Below are positions 29,089 to 38,320 of a stretch of DNA of 64,000 nt, one piece after another (the stretch's first letter is position 1; each line of letters starts with the position of its first letter). A model generated the notes under the pieces. The model searched no databases and was not told where the DNA came from. It was given only the letters and a program-made list of their open reading frames with translations. The stretch comes from Phycisphaerae bacterium. Lineage in GTDB: Bacteria > Planctomycetota > Phycisphaerae > UBA1845 > Fen-1342. The DNA lies in assembly GCA_050115495.1 (NCBI GenBank), contig JASFQK010000035.1, forward strand, positions 12,514 to 76,513. The letters run 5' to 3'. Made by a program: the position numbers and the translations under genes.

Positions 29089-30249
29089 ATGGTCTCGTGG
29101 CTTCATCCGAAACGCTCGCTGATCACGTTTGATCTCGGCGCCGCCGGCCTGCGCGCCTGCCAGGTGCAGTCGCGTCGCTCCGGCTCCCGCAGGGCCGCCG
29201 GCGTGAGAGTCTGTGACAGCCTGCACGTCGAACGCCGCGCCTCCACCGAAACCGACAAGCCCACGCCGCCGATCGTCGACCCCACCCAGCTCGACCGCCT
29301 GATCGGCCAGGGCGCCTTCAGCGGCCGCAACGTCGCTCTGGTCCTCTCACCGCCCGAGGTGCAGTTCCTGCCCCTGCGACTGCCGGCCCAGGCCCTCAGC
29401 CAGCCGCGCGAGCGGGTCGAGCAGGCCCTGCGCTGGGAGGTAGCCCAGGCCAGCCGCAAGACCGGCGACGAGCTCGAAGTCCGCTTCTGGCCGCTGCCCG
29501 CCGCCCGCGGTCAGCAGGCCAACGTCATGGCCGTATCGATGCCCGCGGAGACGGCCGCGCGCTGGAGCGACGAGTTCGCCCGCTCGCGCCTCGCCCTGCG
29601 ACGCATCGACGTCTCGCCCTGCGCCCTCGTGCACCTGGCCCGCCGCGCCTGGACGCCGGACGAACGAGACCTGTGGGGCGTGCTCGACCTCGGCCACCGC
29701 CATTCGATCCTCACCGTCGTCGTCGGCACGGTGCCGACCTACGTCCGCGAGCTGTCGATCTCGACGCACGACTGGACGCGCCGCCTGGCCGAAGCCTTCG
29801 AGGTCACGCCGCTGGTCGCCGAGGAGTTGAAGCGTCAGCACGGCGTCCGCCCGACGGCCCGCAGCGTGGGCCCGGCCTCGCGTTCGCGCACACCGCTGGC
29901 GGCCGGCGATCTCCAGGACGCCGTCAGCAGCGTGCTGCGTGACTCGCTCGAAGCCCTGGCCCACGAGACGACGCGCTGCCTGTCCTACGTCTTCCAGAGC
30001 TACCCGGACGTGACCCTGCGGCGGCTCTTCCTGGCCGGCGGCGGGGCGAGCGTCCCGGGCCTGCAAGAGGGTCTGACCGCGAACCTGGGCATCGATGTGA
30101 CCGTGCTGGCCGCCAACGGCAGCGCCAACGGCAGCGCCAATGGTAGCAGCGACGGCGAATCCTGGGAGCATCCTTTGCCGGACGTGCGTTTCGGGCCGCA
30201 GGTGGCCGCCTCGCTGGGGGGCGCCATGCTCGGATTGGAGGCGCCATGA
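29089..30249 (+). CDS. PilM-like actin-fold alignment protein
   Basis: FDLGA, VLDLGHRHS, AEELKRQHG, LFLAGGGASVPGL; operon position. Confidence 0.8.
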   Translation: MVSWLHPKRSLITFDLGAAGLRACQVQSRRSGSRRAAGVRVCDSLHVERRASTETDKPTPPIVDPTQLDRLIGQGAFSGRNVALVLSPPEVQFLPLRLPAQALSQPRERVEQALRWEVAQASRKTGDELEVRFWPLPAARGQQANVMAVSMPAETAARWSDEFARSRLALRRIDVSPCALVHLARRAWTPDERDLWGVLDLGHRHSILTVVVGTVPTYVRELSISTHDWTRRLAEAFEVTPLVAEELKRQHGVRPTARSVGPASRSRTPLAAGDLQDAVSSVLRDSLEALAHETTRCLSYVFQSYPDVTLRRLFLAGGGASVPGLQEGLTANLGIDVTVLAANGSANGSANGSSDGESWEHPLPDVRFGPQVAASLGGAMLGLEAP

Positions 30250-30980
30250 GCTGCTCGGTGAACCTGGTCCCCGCCGCGCGTCTGCACGCCCAGGCTCGCG
30301 CCCGCCGGCGCATCGGCTGGCTCATCGTCGGGGCGATCGGCGCCTTGCTGGTCGGCGCCGGCTGGGGTGTGCAGCACATCGCCGCGGCCGGCCTGGCCCG
30401 CCTGGCCGAACACGTCGCCGGCCTGGAGGTGCAGCACGCCGAAGCGCAGCGCCGTCTGCTGGCCAGCCAGGGCCAGCGCGACGCCCTGCTCGATCAACTG
30501 CGCGTGGTGGCGACGGCCCGCCGGCCGCAGCCGTGGGCCCACCGCCTGACCGCGCTGGCCCGTCAGGCCCCGCCGGGCGTCTTCCTGACCGAACTCGTGG
30601 TAACCACGCCCGAGGGCCCGACCCGCCCGACCGAAGACGCCACCGGCGAACACCGCCGCGCCGCCGCCGCCGCGCACACCGCCACCGCGCGCACCGCCAC
30701 CGGCCGCACCACACCCACCGGCTCGCCGCAGGCGCAGGCGTCTTCTCTGAGCCCGCCGCAGGCGCCGCAGGCGAGCCCGCCGCAGGCGCCGCAGGCGCAG
30801 GCGGTCCGTCTGGTCGGCTACGCGGTGGACCATGGGGCCTTGATCCAGATGTTGCAGACGTTGGAGAGCGATCCGGAGTGGGGGCAGGTGGAGCTGGTGC
30901 GGGCCACGCTGGAGCCGCTACGGGGCGGTGTGGCCGTGGCTTTCCAGTTCGACTGCCGCACGGGGGAGGGCCGGCCGTGA
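30246..30980 (+). CDS. PilN-like protein
   Basis: VNLVP N-terminal motif, single TM, coiled coil, PPGVFLTEL; low-complexity insertion. Confidence 0.8.
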   Translation: MSCSVNLVPAARLHAQARARRRIGWLIVGAIGALLVGAGWGVQHIAAAGLARLAEHVAGLEVQHAEAQRRLLASQGQRDALLDQLRVVATARRPQPWAHRLTALARQAPPGVFLTELVVTTPEGPTRPTEDATGEHRRAAAAAHTATARTATGRTTPTGSPQAQASSLSPPQAPQASPPQAPQAQAVRLVGYAVDHGALIQMLQTLESDPEWGQVELVRATLEPLRGGVAVAFQFDCRTGEGRP

Positions 30981-31582
30981 TCGTGTGCCGCAAGCCGTGG
31001 ACGGTGTACGACGTGGACGTGGCCGGGCTGGTCGGACTGGCCGTGCTGGCGGCGGCGTCGTGGTGGCTGGCGGTGGCCCCGTGGCTCCAGACGTGGCACG
31101 GCTTCCGCGAGCTGGCCCGCAAGCAAGCCGCCGTGTCGCAGTGCGTGCTGGACGACATCGTGGAGTCCGACCGCCGCGAGGGGGAACTCGAAGGGCTCGG
31201 GCGGGTCGTGTCGAATGAACTGGCCCAGGTCCCGGCGGCGGGTGCGCTGACGGAGCAGTTGCAGCGGATGACGGAGCTGGCCCGGGCGTGCGACGTGGAG
31301 CTGTTGAGCGTGACGCCGCAACCGCCGAGCCGCGAGGGTCCGTACTGGGTGAGCGACATCCGCGTCACCGGGCGGGGCTCGTGCCGCAACTTCATCCGGC
31401 TGCTCGACCGGCTGGCTGGGGAAAACCCGTACGCCAGCCTGCGGGCCTGCTCCGTAGCCCGGCCGCCGCTGAGCCGCGAAGCGTCGGGCGAGCTCGCGTG
31501 GACCGTGCGGCTGTACCTGCTGCCGGCCAATGGCGACGGCGGCGATGCCGAAGCCCGCGGCAGCGACGGAGACGAGTCATGA
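30977..31582 (+). CDS. PilO/GspM-like protein
   Basis: GTGA overlap with pilN; TM, coiled coil, VTGRGSCRNFIRLLDRL ferredoxin-like region. Confidence 0.7.
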   Translation: MIVCRKPWTVYDVDVAGLVGLAVLAAASWWLAVAPWLQTWHGFRELARKQAAVSQCVLDDIVESDRREGELEGLGRVVSNELAQVPAAGALTEQLQRMTELARACDVELLSVTPQPPSREGPYWVSDIRVTGRGSCRNFIRLLDRLAGENPYASLRACSVARPPLSREASGELAWTVRLYLLPANGDGGDAEARGSDGDES

Positions 31583-32139
31583 GCCGGCTGTCCAAGCGAC
31601 ACCGCATGCTGGGCGGCGTGCTGCTCACCGCGCTCAGCTTCCTGGCCGGCGACTGGTACCTGAAGACCGGCGAGCCGGCGAAGGCCCAGGGCGCCGCCCA
31701 CGGCAGCGGCGGAGCCGGCGGCAGCGGAGCGATCGCGACGCGGTGGGAGGACGTCTCCGGCCTGGTGGCGCAACTGACGGACACGCACTACACGTCGGTG
31801 GCGGATGAGCTGGCCAGCGTGGACCGTGACCTGTTCGTGCCGACCGCGGTGGTGGAGGAAGCCTTCCCCGTGGTCGAGCCGGTGCTGTCGGAGGCCGAGG
31901 AAGCCGCGGCAGCGCCGCCGCCGGCGCCGCCCCCATCATTCGAGGAAGTGCACCGGTTGGTGGGCGTGATGATCGGTGCGCACCCGCTGGCGGTGATTGA
32001 CGACCTGGTCGTGCCCGTCGGCGGTGTAGTGGACGGCCACGAATTGGTGGAAGTCCAGCGAGATTATGTGGTCCTGAAGAGCCGGGAGACCGGTCTCCTG
32101 GTCCGGCTCACAGTGGCGTCGAGCCCGGTAAACCCTTAG
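31579..32139 (+). CDS. PilP/GspC/MshK-like protein
   Basis: TM, RDLF motif, Pro-rich linker, LVGVMIG..PLAVID beta domain; position after pilO. Confidence 0.55.
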   Translation: MSRLSKRHRMLGGVLLTALSFLAGDWYLKTGEPAKAQGAAHGSGGAGGSGAIATRWEDVSGLVAQLTDTHYTSVADELASVDRDLFVPTAVVEEAFPVVEPVLSEAEEAAAAPPPAPPPSFEEVHRLVGVMIGAHPLAVIDDLVVPVGGVVDGHELVEVQRDYVVLKSRETGLLVRLTVASSPVNP

Positions 32140-32205
32140 GCCAACGGGCGAAAACGCGGGGTTTGTGAAAGGTCTGTGACCCGCGATTCACGCCGGCATC
32201 GGTCT

Positions 32206-32233
32206 TAAAGCCACGCCGGCGCCCGGACGATGT
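32206..32233 (+). promoter_or_regulatory. Sigma-28-like promoter upstream of the major pilin
   Basis: TAAAG-N15-GACGATGT. Confidence 0.5.
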
Positions 32234-32328
32234 GACAGCAGCAATGCCAGCAAGCAGCCTGCACGGCAACGGCAGGTGACCCGAACTACCTGGTTTCGCG
32301 CACGAGCGTGCGGGAAGGAGTAAAGGAC

Positions 32329-32826
32329 ATGACGTTGGGCAAGAACAGGAAGTCCGGCTTTACCCTCGTCGAGTTGGTGGTGGTCATCGTGATCATCGGG
32401 ATCCTGGCCGCGATCGCTATCCCGCGCCTGAGCCGCGGCTCGGCCGGCGCCAGCTCTGGAGCCCTCTCGGCGAACCTGTCGATTGTGCGGAACGCCATCA
32501 ACATGTACGCCGCCGAGCACAACAGCAAGTTCCCAACAGCGACGATCGTCGACCAGTTGACGACGTACTCGAGTCTCACGGGAACGACGGACGCCACGCG
32601 GAGCAGCACGTACAAATTCGGACCGTACCTGGCGGCGGTTCCGCCCTGCCCCGTCGGCGAGAACGCCGGCAGCGCGACCGTCCTGATCGACGCCACGGTG
32701 ACGGCGGACCCGCCGGCCCCGGACACCTCGGGAGGCGAAGGCTGGGTCTACAAGCCCCACACGGGTGAGATCGCGGCCAACACCAACCAGAACGACGACG
32801 TCGGGAACCCTTTCAAGGGGTACTAA
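32329..32826 (+). CDS. Type IV pilin / GspG-like major (pseudo)pilin
   Basis: Class III signal KSG|FTLVELVVVIVIIGILAAIAIP; strong Shine-Dalgarno; own promoter and downstream hairpin. Confidence 0.92.
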   Translation: MTLGKNRKSGFTLVELVVVIVIIGILAAIAIPRLSRGSAGASSGALSANLSIVRNAINMYAAEHNSKFPTATIVDQLTTYSSLTGTTDATRSSTYKFGPYLAAVPPCPVGENAGSATVLIDATVTADPPAPDTSGGEGWVYKPHTGEIAANTNQNDDVGNPFKGY

Positions 32827-32930
32827 CGCCCGGGGCGGAAGTGGAGGGCGTTGAGACGGAGCCAGCCCCGGAATCCGAGCCTGGGTCTTGACCACCCAGC
32901 CCGGTACCCAACGTCAATCGGTAAGGCGGC

Positions 32931-32965
32931 ACGCGAAGTCGAACGTTGAACGTTCGGCTTCGCGT
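32931..32965. terminator. Long inverted repeat between convergent pilin and TPR genes
   Basis: ACGCGAAGTCGAACGTT-G-AACGTTCGGCTTCGCGT. Confidence 0.55.
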
Positions 32966-32989
32966 CGCCGCGCGCAGACCTCGAAACCC

Positions 32990-34144
32990 CTACCGCACGT
33001 CGGACGATGCCTCGCCGCGGAGCACGCGAGCCACGGGGCTCTGCGGCTCGCAACGCGCCAGCGTCGCCAGGGCACCGACCAGCACGTTCTCATTCCCCGC
33101 CCGCCAGGCCAGCGTCGCCACCAGCTCCAGCGTCGCCACGTCCTCCGGCTGGCGAAGCAGAACGCGCTGGGCAGTCGCCAGGGCCGCCTCGTCCTCGCCG
33201 GCCACGACCAGCGCCCGAGCCAGCAGCCGCAGCGCCCGCGGATCATCCCGGTCGGCGCGCAGCACAGCCTGCAGCGCCGTGCGGGCCGCCGTGTCGCGAC
33301 CCAGCTCCAGGTAGCTCTCCGCGAGCATCAGATGCAGCGCGGCGGCGGTTGAGGCTTCGGGACCGCTGGTGAGCTGATCCAGGACGGGTGCCGCTTCCGC
33401 ATATCGGCCGGCCCGGAACAACGCGATGGCCAATCGCTCCTGGAGCGCCGCCCCCGCAGCCTCGCTGCCGATAACGCGCTGCCAGGCCGAGGCCGCCGCC
33501 GACCACGCCCCCATCTGCTCGTGGCACTCGGCGAGCGCCGCCTGGTAAGCGTTGGTCCAGCGGAAACGCTCCGCGCCGCTCTCCAGGTAGCCCTGGGCCG
33601 CGTCGGGCTGACCCAGTTGCAGCCAGACCTGCGCCGTCGCCACCACGTAGGCCACCTCTTCCGCATCCAGCTCCGCCGCCCGTTTGAACGCCGCCAGCGC
33701 CTCGTCCCAGCGCTGCTCCTGCTGCCGAATCACGCCCAGCAGGTATTCCAGCTCGGCGCTCGGCGGCCCGTTGCGCAGACCCGCCTCGACGAGCGCTTCC
33801 GCCTCGCTCAGCCGATCCTCCGCCAGGCAGATACGCACACGCAGCGGCAGCAGCCCCGGCTCCGTCGGATCCAGCCGGCAGGCCTCGTTCAGCTCCTCGG
33901 CGGCGGCGGATACGTTGCCCGCCGCAAAGTGGTCCGCAGCCAGGCTGGCCTTCACCTGCGCCCGCGCCCGATTCCAACGGGCCGTCGCCTCCTCCTTCGC
34001 CCGCTGCGGCATGCTTTCGCAGCCGGCCAGCGCGAGAAAAATGGACAGACCGACGACGTATCCGGACATCCGAGAGCGTGACGACGGGCAACGGCCGACA
34101 CGGACGTCGGCCGCTACAGCGCGGCGGCAGGGTCGATCGGTCAT
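32990..34144 (-). CDS. TPR lipoprotein, pilotin-like (PilF/TadD type)
   Basis: Lipobox LALAGC; multiple TPRs; ATGA-coupled to the secretin. Confidence 0.75.
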   Translation of the reverse strand: MTDRPCRRAVAADVRVGRCPSSRSRMSGYVVGLSIFLALAGCESMPQRAKEEATARWNRARAQVKASLAADHFAAGNVSAAAEELNEACRLDPTEPGLLPLRVRICLAEDRLSEAEALVEAGLRNGPPSAELEYLLGVIRQQEQRWDEALAAFKRAAELDAEEVAYVVATAQVWLQLGQPDAAQGYLESGAERFRWTNAYQAALAECHEQMGAWSAAASAWQRVIGSEAAGAALQERLAIALFRAGRYAEAAPVLDQLTSGPEASTAAALHLMLAESYLELGRDTAARTALQAVLRADRDDPRALRLLARALVVAGEDEAALATAQRVLLRQPEDVATLELVATLAWRAGNENVLVGALATLARCEPQSPVARVLRGEASSDVR

Positions 34145-36015
34145 GGCTGCGGTTCTCCACTGTCCTCGGTGACGGCGTCGGGCCAGGCGTCGTCGAGATC
34201 GGGCCGCCCGAAGGGTCCCGCCGTCGGTGCCTCCGGCGACGGCGTATCGTGAATCAGACGCCACAGGAACGTGCGCATCCGCGTGCCGTCGTCGTCCCAC
34301 AGGCGCTCGCCGAGCAGACGTTCCTTCAGGTGCATCGCCGGCATGTGCTTCGGCTGGTTGTTGAGCGTCATGCGTACGTTCAGCAGGGCGCGTTCGGAGT
34401 CGCCGGCTTCGAGCTGCCGCAGGGCCTCGTGATAGAAGGCCTGAGCCAGCCGCTCACGACCCGTGCCTAGCAGGCCCATGCGGTTACCGACGCGGACGCG
34501 CTCCACGTCCTGGAGCAGCTCGCGGAATTCCTCCGCTTCCTGCGGCGTATCCTTCAGCACGTGCACCGTCAGCAGGATGATGACCTCTTCACGGACGGTC
34601 TGGTCGTTGCGGCTTTGGAAGAGCAGGCCGGCGATCGGAATGTTGCCCAGCACCGGGAGCTGGCTGCGCGAGCCAACCGTCCGCTCGCGGAACAACCCGC
34701 CGATCAGGATCGTGTTGCCATCCTTGAGCAGGATGTCGGCGTGTGCCTCGGTCGTTTCCTCGAAGGGCAGGTTCGCCGCGGTCAGACCGCCGTTGCTGTC
34801 CTTCGGGTGCACGATCAGGCGAACGGTGCCGTCGTCACTGATGACCGGGCGGAACTTGAGCTGCGTGCCCGTCTCCAGGTACTCGACCGTCTGCACCGCG
34901 GCCGTCTCGGTCACGGTCGTCGTCAGGTAGCCGTCGCGTCGCCCGACGATGACCTGCCCTTCCTGCTTGTTGAGCGAGACGATCTTGGGGTTGGCCACGA
35001 CGACCACGTCCGTGACCTCTTCGAGGGCGCGGATGAAGCTGGCCACGTTGTCCTTGATCAGGCCGAAAGAGAAGCCGTCGCCGGTGACGTTGCTCGTGAA
35101 CTGCGTGTTCACGTTGAACGTCGTGTTCTGGAGCTTGCGGCTGGGCAACGCGCCGAGGGTCAGATCGGCGGTGGCGTTGCTCGCGCCGCCCACGTTCTGG
35201 AAGTCCACGCCGCCGAGCAGGGCGAAGTCGATGCCGAACTGGTTGGACTCGTTCAGCGTGGCCCGCAGGATGGTGGCCTCGATGAGCACCTGCTGCGGCC
35301 GGCGATCCACCTGGGCGAGCAGCTCCGCCACGCGACCCATGTCCTCCTCCGGACAGGTGACGATCAGGTAGAAGCCGCCGGCCTCGCTGAACGAGCCCTC
35401 GGCGGTCGTCTCCGATATCTTCCCCCCCTCGCTGACGCGGGCGTCGTCGCCGAGCACGGCCTTCACCACGCCCACCGCCTCTTCGGGCGGCAGGTACTTC
35501 AGCTCGAAGACACGCGTCACCGGCGGCGACAGGGCGGTGATCTCCGCGGCCGTGCCGACGAAGATCGTGCCGTCCACCGCGCGGAAGTCGTACTGGTTCG
35601 GCGTAAGGATGGCGGAGAGGGCCTGTTCCAGCGTCACCGCGTACAGGTTGGCGGACACGCTGCCGGTCACGCTCGTGCTGCTGACGATGTTCGCCCGCGC
35701 CTCGTAGCTGAGCATCTCAAGCAGCGTCGGCAGGGCCATGTCGCGCACGTGCACATCCAGCAGGCCGGTGTCGGTCAGGCCGACCTCCCCGCCGGGCTCC
35801 ACGAGCGAAACGTCCTCCTCGTCATAGGCCGGTGTCGCCGGCTGCGGCGGCCCGCCCACGAGCGAGGACAACATGTTGAAGACGTTCGGCGGGGACTGCT
35901 GGGCGGGCGACGTGCCTTGCGCGGCGGTCAACGGTATGACCAGCCCAAGGGCAACGACAACCGCCAGCCGAACACCCGCCGGGAGAGAGAAGTCATGATT
36001 ACTCATGGTGAACAC
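34141..36015 (-). CDS. Secretin (GspD/PilQ family)
   Basis: DRRPQQVLIEATI, NPKIVSLNKQEGQVIVG, GNTILIGGL, LPVLGNIPIAGLLF, EVIILLT. Confidence 0.93.
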   Translation of the reverse strand: MFTMSNHDFSLPAGVRLAVVVALGLVIPLTAAQGTSPAQQSPPNVFNMLSSLVGGPPQPATPAYDEEDVSLVEPGGEVGLTDTGLLDVHVRDMALPTLLEMLSYEARANIVSSTSVTGSVSANLYAVTLEQALSAILTPNQYDFRAVDGTIFVGTAAEITALSPPVTRVFELKYLPPEEAVGVVKAVLGDDARVSEGGKISETTAEGSFSEAGGFYLIVTCPEEDMGRVAELLAQVDRRPQQVLIEATILRATLNESNQFGIDFALLGGVDFQNVGGASNATADLTLGALPSRKLQNTTFNVNTQFTSNVTGDGFSFGLIKDNVASFIRALEEVTDVVVVANPKIVSLNKQEGQVIVGRRDGYLTTTVTETAAVQTVEYLETGTQLKFRPVISDDGTVRLIVHPKDSNGGLTAANLPFEETTEAHADILLKDGNTILIGGLFRERTVGSRSQLPVLGNIPIAGLLFQSRNDQTVREEVIILLTVHVLKDTPQEAEEFRELLQDVERVRVGNRMGLLGTGRERLAQAFYHEALRQLEAGDSERALLNVRMTLNNQPKHMPAMHLKERLLGERLWDDDGTRMRTFLWRLIHDTPSPEAPTAGPFGRPDLDDAWPDAVTEDSGEPQP

Positions 36016-36153
36016 GGCTCACCTTCCGAACAGGATTGGAGCGGTCCCGGCGCCCCAGGGTCGCCGGGCCAAGGACTCATAACCCTAGATCGGAGGTCGG
36101 TTATCGGTGGGTTCAACAAAACTGCTCGTCCGGCCCCGAGCGGCGGAGGCGAG

Positions 36154-36181
36154 CAAAGGCCGGCGGCGGCGTGGTCGATGA
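36154..36181 (+). promoter_or_regulatory. Sigma-28-like promoter upstream of the minor pilin
   Basis: CAAAG-N15-GTCGATGA. Confidence 0.45.
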
Positions 36182-36278
36182 ACCATATGAGCTACCCGGT
36201 CACGCGACGGGTGGCCGGCGCGGGGTGACCGGCCCCGACCAGCGGCCGGCGTCGCCGAACCCCACGAGGAACGACCCG

Positions 36279-36776
36279 ATGCCCGACAGGCGGAAATTGC
36301 GCGGTTTCACCCTGGTGGAGCTGGTGTTCGTGCTGGCCATCCTGGCGATCGTGGCGGCGATCGCCGTCCCGCGTTTCGCCAACGCCGCCACCCGGCAGCG
36401 GGTCGAGGTGGCCGCCGCCCGCGTCCTGCATGACCTCGAGCTAGCCCAGCGGCACGCCCGCCTTACCAGCGCCGCAGTCACCGTGACCTTCACGGCCGCC
36501 ACCGACAGCTACGCGCTCAACGAGCTCGACGATCTCGATCACCCCGGCCAGGTCTACACGGTGAAGCTGGGAGAGTCGCCCTACGAAGTCAGCCTGCACA
36601 ACGTCACCTTCGGCGGCAGCACCACGCTAACGTTCGACGGCTACGGCGTGCCGAGCAGCGATGGGACGCTCATGCTGGGTGCCGGTCCGTACCGCGCGAC
36701 GATCAGCTTCACCGACGGTGTCGGGACGACGGAAGTATCGGTGAGCGTGGTGACCGCGGAGGCGGAAGCGGGGTAG
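36279..36776 (+). CDS. Minor (pseudo)pilin, GspH/FimT-like
   Basis: RG|FTLVELVFVLAILAIVAAIAVP; DLELAQRHAR; LTFDGYG. Confidence 0.88.
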   Translation: MPDRRKLRGFTLVELVFVLAILAIVAAIAVPRFANAATRQRVEVAAARVLHDLELAQRHARLTSAAVTVTFTAATDSYALNELDDLDHPGQVYTVKLGESPYEVSLHNVTFGGSTTLTFDGYGVPSSDGTLMLGAGPYRATISFTDGVGTTEVSVSVVTAEAEAG

Positions 36777-36798
36777 CGGAGAGGGAGCGGCGCAGCGC

Positions 36799-38205
36799 TT
36801 ACAGCAGCGTGCCACGCAGGATGGTCAGCGCCGTGTAGAAGTAGATGATGATGCCGCTGATGTCGACGATCGTCGTCACGAAGGGGGCGGAGCTCGTCGC
36901 CGGATCGACCCCCAGTCGTCGGAACAGCAGCGGCAGCATGCTACCGATGAGCGTGCCCCACAGCACGATGCCGACCAGCGCCCCACCGATCGTAAGACTC
37001 AGCAGCAGCCAGTACTCGGTGTAGTTCGCCCAGCCGAGTTGCTGCCACACCAGCACGCGGGCCGTGCCGATGAGCCCCAGCAGCAGGCCGAGCATACAGC
37101 CGCAAGCGAACTCGCGCACCAGGATGCGCCACCAGTCCCGCAGCGTGATCTCGCCGATGGCCATGGCCCGGATGATCAGCGACGCGGCCTGCGAGCCGGT
37201 GTTGCCGCCGCTGCTGATGAGCAAGGGGATGAACAGCATCAGCACGGCCGCCCGGCCCAATTCGTCCTCGAAGGACTCCATGGCGCTGATCGTGAGCATC
37301 TGCCCCAGGAACAGCACGCCCAGCCACACCGCGCGCTTGCGCACCAGCGTCGGCACCGACACGTTGAGGTAGGGCTCGGCCAGGGCCTCGACCGCCGCCA
37401 TCTTGTGGATGTCCTCGGTCACTTCCTCCTCGGCGACATCGGCCACATCGTCGAAGGTGACCACGCCCACCAGCACGCCCTGCGAATCCACCACCGGCAG
37501 AACGGGGCGGTCGTAACGCTCGAACTCGCTGACCGCCAGCTCCTGGTCCTCGCGGGCCGGCAGCGACGGCACGTTGGTGTTCATCAGCGATTCGATCGTC
37601 GCTTCCGGAGCCGCCAGCAGGAGATCGTGCAAACGCACCTCCGCCACCAAGCGGCTGGTGTGGTCAATCACGTAGAGGGTGTCCAGCGTTTCGGCGTGCG
37701 CGCCGCGCTGGCGGATGTGCTCCAACGCCCGGGCCACCGTCCACTCCGGCCGCACCCGAACGTAGTTGGGCGTCATAATGCGGCCGATGCTCTCCGCCGG
37801 ATAGCCGAGGATGAGCTGCGTCTCGCGCCGCTCCTCCGGACCCAGCAGGGCGAAGAGCCGGTTGACCAGGTCGCCGGGCATTTCGTCAAACAGCTCGGCC
37901 CGGTCGTCGGGATCCATGTCCTGGAAGAGCTGGGAGAGCTGCTGGCTGCTCAGACTGTGCAGCAGCTCCTCCTGCGGTTCGAGCGGTAGGTAGGCAAAGA
38001 CCTCGGCGGCCAGGGCCTGCGGCAACAGGCGAAACGCCACGCCCCGCAGCCGCGGCTCGAGCTCCTCGAGAACGTCGGCAATCTCCGGCTCGAGCAGGGA
38101 CAGCAACGCTTCACGCGCCTGCTTAATGGCCCCACCGTCCAGCAGGTCGGCGATTTCCGGCGCGACCAGCCGGCCGGTCACGTGCGTATCGGTCGTGGAG
38201 CTCAT
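36799..38205 (-). CDS. mgtE: Magnesium transporter MgtE
   Basis: MDPDDRAELF, GYPAESIGRIMT, CBS pair, SGGNTGSQ, DPATSSAPFVTTIVD. Confidence 0.96.
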   Translation of the reverse strand: MSSTTDTHVTGRLVAPEIADLLDGGAIKQAREALLSLLEPEIADVLEELEPRLRGVAFRLLPQALAAEVFAYLPLEPQEELLHSLSSQQLSQLFQDMDPDDRAELFDEMPGDLVNRLFALLGPEERRETQLILGYPAESIGRIMTPNYVRVRPEWTVARALEHIRQRGAHAETLDTLYVIDHTSRLVAEVRLHDLLLAAPEATIESLMNTNVPSLPAREDQELAVSEFERYDRPVLPVVDSQGVLVGVVTFDDVADVAEEEVTEDIHKMAAVEALAEPYLNVSVPTLVRKRAVWLGVLFLGQMLTISAMESFEDELGRAAVLMLFIPLLISSGGNTGSQAASLIIRAMAIGEITLRDWWRILVREFACGCMLGLLLGLIGTARVLVWQQLGWANYTEYWLLLSLTIGGALVGIVLWGTLIGSMLPLLFRRLGVDPATSSAPFVTTIVDISGIIIYFYTALTILRGTLL

Positions 38206-38320
38206 TCACGCTCCCGCGGAGGAAGGCCCTGTCTCGACTGCGCCGCGCGCTGCGTGTCTCGCTATTTACCCGCGAGAGGCTATTCGCCGCAAGCCGCCGC
38301 GTGCGAATGACCCGCGCCGT

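Noticed and set aside
32140..32328. c-di-GMP riboswitch upstream of the pilin
   Set aside because: Could not match the GEMM-I or class II consensus by eye; an Rfam/Infernal scan would be decisive
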